Virus record (IMG/VR): IMGVR_UViG_3300031576_000464
Span: 4,811 to 68,810 of that record
Origin: a virus
Lineage: Duplodnaviria > Caudoviricetes
Reading direction: 5' to 3' (one strand)
DNA length: 64,000 nucleotides
This document shows positions 35,027-45,841 of this stretch, in pieces (within the stretch, counting starts at the first letter, position 1; every line of letters starts with the position of its first letter). The position numbers were made by a program, and so were the translations under genes. The notes below the pieces were generated by a model. That model was given only the letters and a program-made list of their open reading frames with translations. It ran no database searches and was not told the origin of the DNA.

Positions 35027-38000
35027 CTATGCTGTATAAATTACTCTTGATGAGTAAAATGAACCTTTTATATTGTTAACCAAATCTGTTACTTCTGCAG
35101 ATGATATTGACCTACTATATATGCGTAATTCATCTAATTGTCCTGTATATTGAGTTGTTCCCGACCCATCTTGTCCCATTCTTACGGCTGTTGCGTTTGT
35201 TACTGTTCCTGTCATGGCTAGGGCAGTTCCATTTGTTACCGTTCCATCTACATAAATATACATTCCTGAGCGGTTGGAAGTACCATCGAATGTACATGTT
35301 ACTAAATGCCAAGAACCATTGGCTAGTGTTGTTTGTGATGAAGTTACGGCATATTGTGTGGTACCGTTTGAAATTTCGAAAAGTATGGCATTGGTAGCGG
35401 TAGTAGATGCTGCCCACCCTGCAGTTACGCTTGACACTGTTGATTTCTTTGTTATGAGTGATTTTATAGTTCCCGTGGTAGATGATTTCATCCAGAATGA
35501 TACTGTGAAGGGAGATGTTATGGCAAAATCAAAGCTAGCTTCGTTTGCCAACTCTACTCTGTTTATAAATGAACCAGCGGCGAAATCTCCTGCATATCCT
35601 CCAACGGCGTGAGTTGCCAAGACATATATCTCTGTACCTGTTACTGTTCCATGATTTGTTCCATAGTGGTCATATGTATTTTGTCCCATATCTATATGTG
35701 ATAGGAAACTTGTTTTAGATATTACATCGGCATTATATGTAGCCTGATATACTTCTGTGGTGTCTACTACATCTGCTAATGATAATGTCTCCGCCGGGGA
35801 TTCCTGTACTACAAGGTCTACGGTATCTGTAAGACCTAAAATTTCTTCTGGAGATTTATATTCGCTTAATTCTTTTACCTGTGATATGGCATGTTCTAGG
35901 TCGTGAATTTTTTCAGTTGTCATCTTATCAAACTCTAATTGGTCAAATGAGTATTCTCCTAGGTTTGTTAGTGTTTTTCCCTCTGGGTATTTAAACGTAA
36001 TACTCTTAATTACGAATGCTGTATTAATATTCTTGAGTGAGTTTTTCACTATTACTGTTTTATTTATATCTAATAGAGTAACAAGTGTAGGTATTTCGGC
36101 CTTTATTTTTGACTTTATATCTTTAAATTTACCCAAATATCCCTGAACATACCTCACTCCATCCAACCTGTTTTTAATCCATGAAGCAACTAATCTCTTT
36201 GCATGTAGTCCATTTAGAGCTATACTTGATGGTTTAGTTCCCTTTATTATGAGTGGTTTTTCAAATTCATATTCAACTTTTATATTGTTTGTTCCTGCTG
36301 CTGGGGCTACTACAAATGTTACAGTTCTTGTTAATGTATCAAATGTATAATCTATTTCTGGTGTTTTTTGTATTCCTATAGGATGCTCCACCCTCATACT
36401 TATTGGTGGGTCTGTTAATGTGAAAACTTTTTGTGAACCATTTCCATCAAACTGGTCTTCTATCTGCCTATAAATTACATTTGCTCCTATAACTGTTAAT
36501 TCATTGACAATTTCTGTATCATCTGCAGTGTTATCGTTAATTATTGCGTTTTTTCCCTGTTGGAGTGTTATTCCTGATGCCTCTATTTCATTTTCTTCTA
36601 GATGAAAATCTCCCCAGGGAGTAACATGAAAGGATTTGTTCATTATTGCAGCCAAATCTCTTACAATATCTATTACTTTTCCATCTGCTACATATGTTGT
36701 CATTGTTAGTCCCGATGGAAGACCAAATGAAAAGAACCTAAAATCGGTAAATTTTCTAATTATGTTTTCCACTATGTATTCTGGTGTTCTATTTTGATAA
36801 ATCTCTCCTCTTACTTCAGTATTTCCCAGACCAGACCCAATGCTTTCTATTATTGCTGTTTTGGAAAAGCTTTTTTTATCTATTTTAGTAATATTTCCTC
36901 CCAACCACATTATTTGTATGGGTGGTTTCTTTAGACCAAGTCTTGGTATTTCCAAGGAAGATAAAACTCTACTATATATCCTCACACCATCTACATATCC
37001 TATAAATTTATCACTTCCATCACCCCCTGAGCCTATAAATGGATTAATTGAGTTCAAAATAGAGCCGGTCATTCCTAATGCTGACCCAGTAGAAACTAGA
37101 GAGCCATCTACATATATCTTCATTCCGTTTTGGTTTGATAGTCCATCGAATGTGCATATAACATGATGCCATGAACCATCAAGTATGCTTGTTGTGTATG
37201 TAACAGAATACTGTGTCGCGCTGGCATTATGAAAACTAAATATTAAATGATTAGATGTGTTGAAACGTACATCATATCCAGCACTTGTGTCTGTATTCTT
37301 TTTAGAAATAACCTTTTGTGCCACACCAACAGTTGATGATTTTATAAAGAATCCTATAGAAAATGTATTAATTATGTCAAAATCAAATGGTGTTTCATTT
37401 TGTAGTTTTATGGAATATATACCATCTAAATTTAAAGCATCTCCAGAGAACTCTCCTGTTACAAATCTTAAATATCCCTCATGATATAACGCTGTAACCT
37501 CTTCTGCAGTCAACTGTTTTCTAAATATATATGCATTATCCATATCTCCAGTGTATTTGTTAGAAGCGTCTTGGAAAGCTCCCACAGTAACTACTACGGA
37601 ATTAAGTATTGATGCTGCTAACGTATTTGTGTTTGTTACGGTTGCAGATATAACATTATCTATATAGAATACTACTCCGGCAGCAAGGCTTAATCCATCA
37701 TATGTTACAACTACATGATGCCAGGCATTATCATTTATTGATGCCGTTGATTCTACATCTAGTGTGTTTGTACCACTATAAAGAACAAACTGTGCTTTAC
37801 CTGTTGATTTTAATCTTAAATCCCACCCGGCGGTGGCAGAAGTTGTCTTTTTTGTTATCAGTCCATTAGTAGCTGCTGCTGAAGTTTTAACCCATAATGA
37901 TAATGATATTTTATCTGTTCGTTCAAAATCGTAGTTGGCCTCATCACTTAGGGCAAGATAATCTGTAGAGCCATCAAATGTACCAGAGTATGTTCCAACC

Positions 38001-38362
38001 TTTCCTGTACCAAATACTATTGTACCATTGGTGGTAACAGTTGTACATGGTGTATCTCCAGTATCTTGTGTATTGTTTTCAAAGTCAAATTTTGATATAC
38101 ATAGTGGTATCTTGACAGAACCATACCCATTGTTATTTTGACCACTTTCATCTACAATATCATTTTCAAATCCTAAATACGTCTTAAGACCATTCATATC
38201 TACTAGGTCATGGTGATATGTAATTTCATCATGTATTGAGGCATCTATATCGGCTGGTAATTCTATGGTTCCTTGGTCTACTGCTCTATCACCTTCCATT
38301 GTTATTTCAGTAGAGAGAACTTTTATATCAACACCATTTTTAAATACTTTTACTTGTGACAT
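35027..38362 (-). CDS. Tail-tip hub protein with three LamG (ConA-like) domains
   Basis: Three copies of S.W.K...WHH...T.DG...Y.DG...G..D...Y...L; hub-like segments between them. Confidence 0.8.
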   Translation of the reverse strand: MSQVKVFKNGVDIKVLSTEITMEGDRAVDQGTIELPADIDASIHDEITYHHDLVDMNGLKTYLGFENDIVDESGQNNNGYGSVKIPLCISKFDFENNTQDTGDTPCTTVTTNGTIVFGTGKVGTYSGTFDGSTDYLALSDEANYDFERTDKISLSLWVKTSAAATNGLITKKTTSATAGWDLRLKSTGKAQFVLYSGTNTLDVESTASINDNAWHHVVVTYDGLSLAAGVVFYIDNVISATVTNTNTLAASILNSVVVTVGAFQDASNKYTGDMDNAYIFRKQLTAEEVTALYHEGYLRFVTGEFSGDALNLDGIYSIKLQNETPFDFDIINTFSIGFFIKSSTVGVAQKVISKKNTDTSAGYDVRFNTSNHLIFSFHNASATQYSVTYTTSILDGSWHHVICTFDGLSNQNGMKIYVDGSLVSTGSALGMTGSILNSINPFIGSGGDGSDKFIGYVDGVRIYSRVLSSLEIPRLGLKKPPIQIMWLGGNITKIDKKSFSKTAIIESIGSGLGNTEVRGEIYQNRTPEYIVENIIRKFTDFRFFSFGLPSGLTMTTYVADGKVIDIVRDLAAIMNKSFHVTPWGDFHLEENEIEASGITLQQGKNAIINDNTADDTEIVNELTVIGANVIYRQIEDQFDGNGSQKVFTLTDPPISMRVEHPIGIQKTPEIDYTFDTLTRTVTFVVAPAAGTNNIKVEYEFEKPLIIKGTKPSSIALNGLHAKRLVASWIKNRLDGVRYVQGYLGKFKDIKSKIKAEIPTLVTLLDINKTVIVKNSLKNINTAFVIKSITFKYPEGKTLTNLGEYSFDQLEFDKMTTEKIHDLEHAISQVKELSEYKSPEEILGLTDTVDLVVQESPAETLSLADVVDTTEVYQATYNADVISKTSFLSHIDMGQNTYDHYGTNHGTVTGTEIYVLATHAVGGYAGDFAAGSFINRVELANEASFDFAITSPFTVSFWMKSSTTGTIKSLITKKSTVSSVTAGWAASTTATNAILFEISNGTTQYAVTSSQTTLANGSWHLVTCTFDGTSNRSGMYIYVDGTVTNGTALAMTGTVTNATAVRMGQDGSGTTQYTGQLDELRIYSRSISSAEVTDLVNNIKGSFYSSRVIYTA

Positions 38363-39081
38363 TATTCTACATCTTCTACTGATATTATATTGTCGCCTAT
38401 GGCCAAATCCATGTTTGCTGTAAACACTACAGGAGATGTACCTGTAAGATTAAATGATAGATTTTTAATTGTTCCCATTCTTTTAAATGCCGTTGTATTA
38501 GCAAATTTCTTATTTTCTGTTGGTGCTCCCACAGTATAATTATTATCAGTCTTAAAAGGTGGTTGCGGTGCGTTGAATGCAGGAGCCGATGAATCATCTA
38601 TTGCATTTGGTCCTGAGTTTTCTACTCCTATAAATATATGGTATCGTGCATTAATATCTCTCGGTACAAACTCATTCATTAATATCTTCATTTGGTCATT
38701 AACAGTAAATATTCTCTTTCCAGATGCAAGTGCTGGAGGATATACCGGTATACCAAAGGCGGGAACTGCCGTTATAGATGTGTTTGTTGTTCCATCTTCT
38801 GAAAATATCATTGTATTAGCTGGTTCTACATCTATATCTGATATTATCCACGATAGAGCTATATTTGTTACATTTCCCATTATTTTTACCAATATCTGTG
38901 ATTGGTCTTCTGATAAAGGTAAAGGAAATTCTGTTACGGCAGAGTTCTGTGTTATTGATAGACTTTCTATATTTCTTATTCTATATGTTAATGGTACTAT
39001 TTCTATAGGTCTTACTGTGAATCCTGTAACCGGGTCAGCTGCTTGTGCCCCCTGAACTTTTCTTATTGCTATTCCTGCCAT
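38362..39081 (-). CDS. Putative distal tail protein
   Basis: Position between tape measure and hub. Confidence 0.5.
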   Translation of the reverse strand: MAGIAIRKVQGAQAADPVTGFTVRPIEIVPLTYRIRNIESLSITQNSAVTEFPLPLSEDQSQILVKIMGNVTNIALSWIISDIDVEPANTMIFSEDGTTNTSITAVPAFGIPVYPPALASGKRIFTVNDQMKILMNEFVPRDINARYHIFIGVENSGPNAIDDSSAPAFNAPQPPFKTDNNYTVGAPTENKKFANTTAFKRMGTIKNLSFNLTGTSPVVFTANMDLAIGDNIISVEDVE

Positions 39082-39083
39082 GT

Positions 39084-41684
39084 CTAAATAATACCCTTCC
39101 TACTGGTGGAGTCTCTAATCCACATCATTATTCTTCTTTTCAAGTCTTCTATATCAACCTCTTTTGCTACTTTATCTATATTAATATTAAGTGTAAAGTA
39201 TTGGTCTCCTTTTCTTCTCATATAATCTGATTCATGTCCTCTCCACATAGGTGATATTCTCTCCGGTCCTTGTTCTCCGAAATTATACCTTGTACCACTT
39301 TTACCAATACCAAATATTGGCTCTCTTATTATTCCTCCATGTGCCAGTCCAACTGCTCCTGCTGCCAGCGCCTGTGATTTAGCCAGTTGTAAATCTTTAG
39401 CCATGGCTTCTGTACTTTTCCTATATGTAGTTCCAATTCCTCCACTAGAAGAATATACAGTGTCTTCCCATGGAACCTGGCCACCACCATAAAGAACCAT
39501 TTTTCCTTTATTCTCATTATATCTAACCATCCATTGGTTATACTGGGCTTTTTTTTGCTGATATACTCGAGTTAATTGTGCAATATCTCCAGAACTTTGC
39601 TCGGCTGTTTTTATATACTTTCCACTCTCATCAAATTGCATATCTGATACATTTAATTCTCCACTCATTAATTGTTTATATGCCGTTTGACCAAGCATAT
39701 CTTGTAGTTGTTTATTAAAACCTGATGCCTGGTTTGCCATAGCTGTAATTTTTGCTCCACCAAACATACCAGGAACATTACTCCAATCTTGTACTTGTGC
39801 TTGAGCAGTTTTATATCTAGAAAGTAGGTCAGAAACTTTTTCTTGTGGAGTCATATTTGGTTTTGGTGCACCCATATTTTGTAACATATCAGATACACCT
39901 CCACTCTGTGTACCAGAACCACCACCGGATAAATATTGTCCTGCCCAGGATTGGTCTGCGGCGCTCCCACTTCCGTATTGCATTCCCGGTGCAGAATCAT
40001 TTGGTCTAAATCTAGCGGCAGCCTTTGCCATATCATCTATTGCATCTTGAGCTTTCTTTATTTGTTCATTTGCTTCTCCCCATGTTATTGTACCAGCTTC
40101 AACCTGTTCTATTATTTCTTTCATTTTTTCTTCTGCTACTCCTATGGTTTTTCCCCAAACACCCACTCCCGTATTTGCATTTTCTGTTTTTTTTACTTTT
40201 TCTTCTTCTTGTTTTGCAATCATGTCTCTAATGTACTGTCTTTGTGGACTTATTACCTTCTCTCCGGTTCCATATTTTTCGTCATCTTTAATTTGTTGTT
40301 CAGTTCTTCCTTCTTTATAATAATCTGGATTTGCATAGTTTTGATATGGAGATATAACACCACCCATAGTTCCTACCGTTGATTTGTACTCCTCAAATGC
40401 TTTTAATATTTCATTACGCCTCTTCTCGTTTTCGTTATAATGTGGTTCTTGATATACACCCTCCTTAGCTCCTGTACTTCCACCGGTTATTTTTGAAACT
40501 ATCTCTATGGTTCCTCGTAATTCATCCATTCTCTTCCTCCACTCCTCTCTTAGTTTTTTACTCTCTTCTGATAATACCCTATCTTCTGGTCTAACTCTAA
40601 CAGGAGCATTTAATTCTCCCATACCAGGAGGAAGATTTACTGGTTCAGGTCCATTTGGTCCAACAACTGTATTGTTTGCTTCATATGGTTGTATTGGTCC
40701 AAGTGGACCTACATTAGGAAATGTGTTTAATCCGAGTTTTTCTTTTAGTTTCTCAACTTCTACAGTAGTATCAGAAATAGCTTGTGCGAAAGGCAAAAGA
40801 ATAAGAGGAAATCCCTTCTGTGCCCATGACCAGAAATCATCCAGTCCCTTCTGTAATCCTTTGACTAATTCTGCAAAGTTTTTCTTTCCTTCCTCGTTTT
40901 TTAATCTCAAATTCTTTGCCTGTTCCTCTGGTGTTAGAGGTTTTACGTTTGGTTCTGGAGGTTGTCCTTTTAATATTCTCTCTATATTTAAAATTGCATT
41001 TTCTATCTCCTTTCCAGCTGAGGTTGCTGTCTGTAAAAGTTTATTTTGATATGCCCACTTATAGAATCTTATTCCATATTTTAACATAAGTAATATGAAT
41101 GGTTTGAATAGAAATCCCATAAAGTCTCCTATTGGTCTTAAGAAGAAGAAAACAGCTTGTTCTAATATTGATAACATTGCCTGTAAAACTGGAGACGAAT
41201 CTATCAATGCCTTTCCCAATAATGCTAGACCACTCATGGCTCCGGCAATTCCGGCTAGTTTTACTAGTTGTATTCCAGCTCCCTTGTAATTACCTCCTCC
41301 CAACTTCTCTTGAAATAGTTTTATTGACTTTGTAAACTGCATTCCAAGGTTTGCAGTTATCATTCTCTTTCCTATAGTTGCTGGGGAAACACCCTCTAGG
41401 AATGCCCTCATTATAGTATGTTGTTTTACATAGGCATCTCTAACTTTTAAAATCTCTACCCGTGCTAATTTGTCTGCTTCTATAACTCCTTTTTTAGCCT
41501 TTCCCCACGCAGCCCAATCTGTTGTTTTTGATGAACCTCCTCCTCTACCACCAGAAGACGTTCCACCTACTCCTCCCTCTGCACCTACACCAATACCAGC
41601 CTTCTTTAATCCTTGTTGTATCTTCTTAACAAATTCGTCTACATCAATATCAATTTTTAATTTATACTCATCTTGACCAGCCAT
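39084..41684 (-). CDS. Tape measure protein
   Basis: Helical; hydrophobic segment; C-terminal LAHGGII.EP...GEQGPE.I.P; follows tail chaperones. Confidence 0.8.
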   Translation of the reverse strand: MAGQDEYKLKIDIDVDEFVKKIQQGLKKAGIGVGAEGGVGGTSSGGRGGGSSKTTDWAAWGKAKKGVIEADKLARVEILKVRDAYVKQHTIMRAFLEGVSPATIGKRMITANLGMQFTKSIKLFQEKLGGGNYKGAGIQLVKLAGIAGAMSGLALLGKALIDSSPVLQAMLSILEQAVFFFLRPIGDFMGFLFKPFILLMLKYGIRFYKWAYQNKLLQTATSAGKEIENAILNIERILKGQPPEPNVKPLTPEEQAKNLRLKNEEGKKNFAELVKGLQKGLDDFWSWAQKGFPLILLPFAQAISDTTVEVEKLKEKLGLNTFPNVGPLGPIQPYEANNTVVGPNGPEPVNLPPGMGELNAPVRVRPEDRVLSEESKKLREEWRKRMDELRGTIEIVSKITGGSTGAKEGVYQEPHYNENEKRRNEILKAFEEYKSTVGTMGGVISPYQNYANPDYYKEGRTEQQIKDDEKYGTGEKVISPQRQYIRDMIAKQEEEKVKKTENANTGVGVWGKTIGVAEEKMKEIIEQVEAGTITWGEANEQIKKAQDAIDDMAKAAARFRPNDSAPGMQYGSGSAADQSWAGQYLSGGGSGTQSGGVSDMLQNMGAPKPNMTPQEKVSDLLSRYKTAQAQVQDWSNVPGMFGGAKITAMANQASGFNKQLQDMLGQTAYKQLMSGELNVSDMQFDESGKYIKTAEQSSGDIAQLTRVYQQKKAQYNQWMVRYNENKGKMVLYGGGQVPWEDTVYSSSGGIGTTYRKSTEAMAKDLQLAKSQALAAGAVGLAHGGIIREPIFGIGKSGTRYNFGEQGPERISPMWRGHESDYMRRKGDQYFTLNINIDKVAKEVDIEDLKRRIMMWIRDSTSRKGII

Positions 41685-41716
41685 ATATAAATGATAAATC
41701 TAGGACTTAATATTGT

Positions 41717-41935
41717 TTATTTGAAGGTGTGTACTTTCTTTGGTTTTGCAGGACTAAATTGTTCTTTAGCCATTGCCAACACTAACCTTAGATATTTGCT
41801 TGGTTGTCTATCAACGGTGGATTTATCCCATCCAAAGAGGGTGGCACAGGCTGTGTAAACTGAATATTCGATGCTATCTCCTCCTCCGAGCCTAAGAAGC
41901 TCTTCATCCAATCCCCTAGTGAATCTACTAAAGGG
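41717..41935 (-). CDS. Tail assembly chaperone gpT-like extension in the -1 frame
   Basis: CA.LFGW....VD..P..YL motif; open frame overlapping the chaperone; slippery C CCT TTA at 41935-41929. Confidence 0.6.
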   Translation of the reverse strand, partial: PFSRFTRGLDEELLRLGGGDSIEYSVYTACATLFGWDKSTVDRQPSKYLRLVLAMAKEQFSPAKPKKVHTFK

Positions 41936-42210
41936 TATTCTTTCATGACCTCCGTCACGATTTTATTCATTGCTTTTCTTGGAACATCTCTTACTAGAGT
42001 TATATCTGTTATAGTAAAAGGTGCTTTTTTTAATACTGCCATAAGAACTCCTATCCTATATGATGCCATATCAATTTTTGGTTTTGTAATATCTGAAATG
42101 TCTACGGTTCTTTTTATTATTGATTCCATCATTCCAAAAGATATATCATCTTCAAACTCTACTGTTTCTTTTGCACCCTTCCAATCTACTTCTATGGTTT
42201 TAATTGCCAT
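41788..42210 (-). CDS. Tail assembly chaperone (gpG-like)
   Basis: Position between tail tube and tape measure. Confidence 0.7.
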   Translation of the reverse strand: MAIKTIEVDWKGAKETVEFEDDISFGMMESIIKRTVDISDITKPKIDMASYRIGVLMAVLKKAPFTITDITLVRDVPRKAMNKIVTEVMKEYPLVDSLGDWMKSFLGSEEEIASNIQFTQPVPPSLDGINPPLIDNQANI

Positions 42211-42246
42211 ATAAAATATATAGAATAAGTTTGTATATAAATGTTT

Positions 42247-43290
42247 CTACGCTGGTTCTGTTACTGTATCTGTTATTGCTTCTACTGTAATTCCCCTGGC
42301 TTGGAAGGGTATGTCTTCAAATATTGGTTCATTTGGTTCAATGCTTACAGAGTGTTCATCTAATACTACACCGGTTAGTTTGAATGTAATTGCCCTCTTT
42401 GCAGTTGTAGCTAGACCGTTATCAAATGTTAGTGTTAACGTTGCTCCTTCGGCTGATAGTGCCTGTGAGTTTGCTCCAATCTGTGCATAAATCCAGTTTA
42501 ACATATCCATTGTGGTTCCTGCCGGTGTTACGTCTGGTGAATCCGCTCTATCTGCCATTGAAAGTGAAAATCGTCCAGTGAGTTCAAATAATTTTCTATA
42601 TGCTCCTACTGGTTGATTTCCAGTTGGATTTGCTCCTCCCGTTCCTACACTATAAAGTAATTCTGCATTAGTGTTAAGTGTTAGGTCTATGGATTGTACT
42701 TCTGCCAAAACTCTTTCTGTACCGGTTGGTGTAGTTACTTGTAGTTTACCATAGGCAAATGTATAGGGAAATGATATGTTATCAGTTGGTGGTGTTGTAT
42801 CTATTGCCTGTGTACTATCTTCTGTACCATATGCTATATCTGCAGTGCATCTTACAACATCTCCCACTGGTGCTGATAATGTTATTGATTTTAAAACTGA
42901 CCCCTTTCCAACTCTAACAGAATCTATTGTTGCTTGGTCATGAGCAATTTCTAATGAGAATGATGGCATTAATTTTGTTGATATGGAATAAATTATTGGT
43001 GCTGCTATGGTTCCTCCTCCTGTAGAGGGAGTTCTTGTATCAAATATCATTTTCAACCACCATGGGTTTGAAAGTACAAATGCTATTGAAACGTCTGCTC
43101 TTGCTTGACCAAATGCATATCTAAGTGGAAAAACGGTATTAAGTTCTGAAAGCACAATCTTGTTATTAGTATAAGTTACAGAGGATGCTTTTTGTTCTAA
43201 TCCGAACACATTATCGCGTGTAGCCGCCAGAGAGCCATATGTAGCTTCATAACCCCATTTAATATAACCAAACGCACCGGTTCGAACCAT
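42247..43290 (-). CDS. Major tail tube protein
   Basis: Beta-rich, Thr/Gly-rich, 347 aa; canonical position. Confidence 0.8.
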   Translation of the reverse strand: MVRTGAFGYIKWGYEATYGSLAATRDNVFGLEQKASSVTYTNNKIVLSELNTVFPLRYAFGQARADVSIAFVLSNPWWLKMIFDTRTPSTGGGTIAAPIIYSISTKLMPSFSLEIAHDQATIDSVRVGKGSVLKSITLSAPVGDVVRCTADIAYGTEDSTQAIDTTPPTDNISFPYTFAYGKLQVTTPTGTERVLAEVQSIDLTLNTNAELLYSVGTGGANPTGNQPVGAYRKLFELTGRFSLSMADRADSPDVTPAGTTMDMLNWIYAQIGANSQALSAEGATLTLTFDNGLATTAKRAITFKLTGVVLDEHSVSIEPNEPIFEDIPFQARGITVEAITDTVTEPA

Positions 43291-43323
43291 AATATAAACC
43301 TATAACCTTTTGCTTAATATAGT

Positions 43324-43758
43324 TTACGTGGGGTCTAATTTACGATAAGTAACATCCAGCGTATGTCTGAACATATTTCTATAGTCTACATTATATGATT
43401 TAGAATATCCCAACAAAACATCTATAAAACCGGTTGGTGCCCTTCTTATGTTTAATTTTACTATTCTTGCTATCTCCTTAACTACTTGTTCATGTCTTGT
43501 CATCTCAGTAAATGTTCTAATGTCTATTAGAATTGGAATGTGATGTAGATGGTTTAGACCATATAATGCAAAATATTGTATGAATTCATCTAAAGGTGTT
43601 AAAATTATCTCGTCTGTATTGTCGTCTATAAGTCCTACTGCTTTTACTATCCATGCTTCTCTTATATTAGGTACTGCCCCACCCTGACCAGTTCCATTCC
43701 AGTCTGTCGTGAGCATTGTCTTAAGGTCATCTACTGCGTCATACATTGCTACTGCCAT
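43324..43758 (-). CDS. Putative tail terminator
   Basis: Position and size. Confidence 0.55.
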   Translation of the reverse strand: MAVAMYDAVDDLKTMLTTDWNGTGQGGAVPNIREAWIVKAVGLIDDNTDEIILTPLDEFIQYFALYGLNHLHHIPILIDIRTFTEMTRHEQVVKEIARIVKLNIRRAPTGFIDVLLGYSKSYNVDYRNMFRHTLDVTYRKLDPT

Positions 43759-44171
43759 TATAGTCTAAACCTCGATAAAACTCGTCTAGCAAACCATGTG
43801 GGGTCTATTCCTTTATCTTTAATCTTATTCATTATCTTCCAAGTAATATCGGTTATTTGATTTTCTGTTAGTCTCTTTCCAGCCTCTTTTACATACATTA
43901 CCCAATCTCGTATTTTATTGAATGGTGGATATTCCCCCGCAACTCTCCCTGCATCCAACACTGCTATACCCCAATCGGTACTTCCTACTAATTTATTTTC
44001 TTTATCATACACGATTTTATCTAATGTGTTTATATATTCTCCAGATGAACTGGATCTATCATATCCCACTATTCTAAGTTCTGTTTTGAGTTCTCCTGCA
44101 AGATTTGTTCCCACCTTATCTAGAAGATGTTCTGTAAGTTTTTCTTTTTCTCCGCGAGCAAGTTTGAACAT
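43758..44171 (-). CDS. Putative neck/tail-completion protein (HK97 gp10-like)
   Basis: A.LD.GR..G..PP...I..W...I..KI...GI.P motif. Confidence 0.6.
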   Translation of the reverse strand: MFKLARGEKEKLTEHLLDKVGTNLAGELKTELRIVGYDRSSSSGEYINTLDKIVYDKENKLVGSTDWGIAVLDAGRVAGEYPPFNKIRDWVMYVKEAGKRLTENQITDITWKIMNKIKDKGIDPTWFARRVLSRFRL

Positions 44172-44172
44172 A

Positions 44173-44781
44173 TCAAATCACGTATACTTCCTCTCTGTTC
44201 TTGATATGTGTTTCTGCATCGAATTTCCATCTATCCATTGATTCATGGTATTTTATCTGTCCTCCTCCAGGTATTATGTCCATTTTAAAACTGGATGCTA
44301 GAAGGTCTATACTTGTAAGTTTAATACATGCATCTTTTATATCGCCGGGGACAACAGTATCACCATATCTATAAGTTATTCTAATACGTCCTTTTCTCAT
44401 TATAGTGAAAAGCACTCCACGCACATATAATTTCCCTCTTACTTTATCTAGTTTATAATTTGTAGTATCTGATGTAACATCCTGATAACTATCTCCATTC
44501 CATAACTCTATTTTATCCCCTGACCCAGCACTTATATCTAATATTCTTCTATGATGTAAAAATATTGGTGTTCCCCACCCATATGTATAAATTAATCCAA
44601 GGTCATGTTCTTCTTCTGTTATTATTGTCGATCTCCAAGCATGACCAGTTCTTCTATCTATAATGTCTTCCTGTCTGTTAATTATTGACTCAACTTGTGT
44701 TGTTGTGGGATTTGTAGAACCTGATATTGTAACCCTAAGAAAACTAGCAATATCTGAAGCTTGACAATAGGTCGTTACCAT
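44173..44781 (-). CDS. Head-tail adaptor/connector
   Basis: YC...DI..FL...I.Y.YG...VP.DIK.A..KL pattern. Confidence 0.7.
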   Translation of the reverse strand: MVTTYCQASDIASFLRVTISGSTNPTTTQVESIINRQEDIIDRRTGHAWRSTIITEEEHDLGLIYTYGWGTPIFLHHRRILDISAGSGDKIELWNGDSYQDVTSDTTNYKLDKVRGKLYVRGVLFTIMRKGRIRITYRYGDTVVPGDIKDACIKLTSIDLLASSFKMDIIPGGGQIKYHESMDRWKFDAETHIKNREEVYVI

Positions 44782-44813
44782 GATAAAATAATATATAGTT
44801 TGCTATTTAATGA

Positions 44814-45083
44814 TTATTCCCAAACCACTAGATAACTTCCGCCTACTACATGGTCTGCAAAAATTCCCGTACTAAATGGCTTGTTAAGATAGGGAAGTTG
44901 CTGTACGCCTTCTCCCTCAATTGTAAGTATTATAGGGGCGGCTACTGTTGTACCGTCTCTTAAATTAAGAAGAGAGCCTCCTGCCCCGGATTTAGTGACA
45001 TAAACGGCTTTTACTATACCGTGACCATTTTTTAATAATAAATCGGCCGTTACACTTCTAGCCTCATTAACCATTCCTACCAT
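44814..45083 (-). CDS. Small virion structural protein
   Basis: Beta-rich; within the head module. Confidence 0.5.
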   Translation of the reverse strand: MVGMVNEARSVTADLLLKNGHGIVKAVYVTKSGAGGSLLNLRDGTTVAAPIILTIEGEGVQQLPYLNKPFSTGIFADHVVGGSYLVVWE

Positions 45084-45175
45084 GTTACAAAATCAACCCC
45101 GAGGTTTCCATAATATATACCTTCTGCTAGTGTGATTAATATAGTTTCCTAAAAAGAAAAGGAAGCTCGCTAGGT

Positions 45176-45535
45176 CTATATACCAACTACGAGAAATTCA
45201 AATGTTTTGTTTTGTGTTATTGTTGAAGCGTTTACGACTTCTATTAATGGTACAGAGGCACCGTTAGAGCCATACATCAGTATTTTACTATTTACCTTAT
45301 CGTATTGGAATACGACAGCTAAATCAGTATATGCTGGTATTGCAGCTACTATGGTACTTATCCTACCGTCAGCTTTGAGGTTTGCAACAACTCCGTTTGT
45401 GACGTAGTTATCTGAAGCACCAAAAACCACTTTTACTGTGTATATCTTATACTTGCTTGTTAGAAGTGATTGTATACTCAGGTTTTTGTTTACACCTCGA
45501 CTTGTCCAGTCTGTGACGCTTATAGTTAAAGCCAT
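45176..45535 (-). CDS. Putative capsid decoration protein
   Basis: Beta-rich; own TATA promoter (45557-45564); near capsid gene. Confidence 0.5.
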   Translation of the reverse strand: MALTISVTDWTSRGVNKNLSIQSLLTSKYKIYTVKVVFGASDNYVTNGVVANLKADGRISTIVAAIPAYTDLAVVFQYDKVNSKILMYGSNGASVPLIEVVNASTITQNKTFEFLVVGI

Positions 45536-45567
45536 ATATAATATTTAATATGTTTGTTTATAAAGAT

Positions 45568-45762
45568 TCAGTCAGTTCCTAATCCAAACTCAAATGTTCC
45601 AGAATGTTCGTATAGGTCTATATTATTGAATTTTTCTGAATATTCTTTTCCCGCCTGTAATCTTATTAATTTTTCTACTTTTTCCCACGCATCATCTGGT
45701 ATTAGTTTCAAGATTTCATCGGTGGTCATTTTAATAGAAAACCATTTACTTTCTAATTCCAT
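45568..45762 (-). CDS. Hypothetical protein
   Basis: ORF track; TATA upstream. Confidence 0.5.
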   Translation of the reverse strand: MELESKWFSIKMTTDEILKLIPDDAWEKVEKLIRLQAGKEYSEKFNNIDLYEHSGTFEFGLGTD

Positions 45763-45798
45763 AATACAATCATAATAGTTCCTTTATATAAACGTTAT

Positions 45799-45832
45799 TA
45801 AAAAGTTCGGGGCAATTCTACCGTAAGAATTG
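45799..45832 (-). terminator. Hairpin plus oligo-T downstream of the capsid gene
   Basis: CAATTCT(45813-19)/AGAATTG(45826-32) stem followed on - strand by CTTTTT. Confidence 0.45.
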
Positions 45833-45841
45833 TTAATTGTT

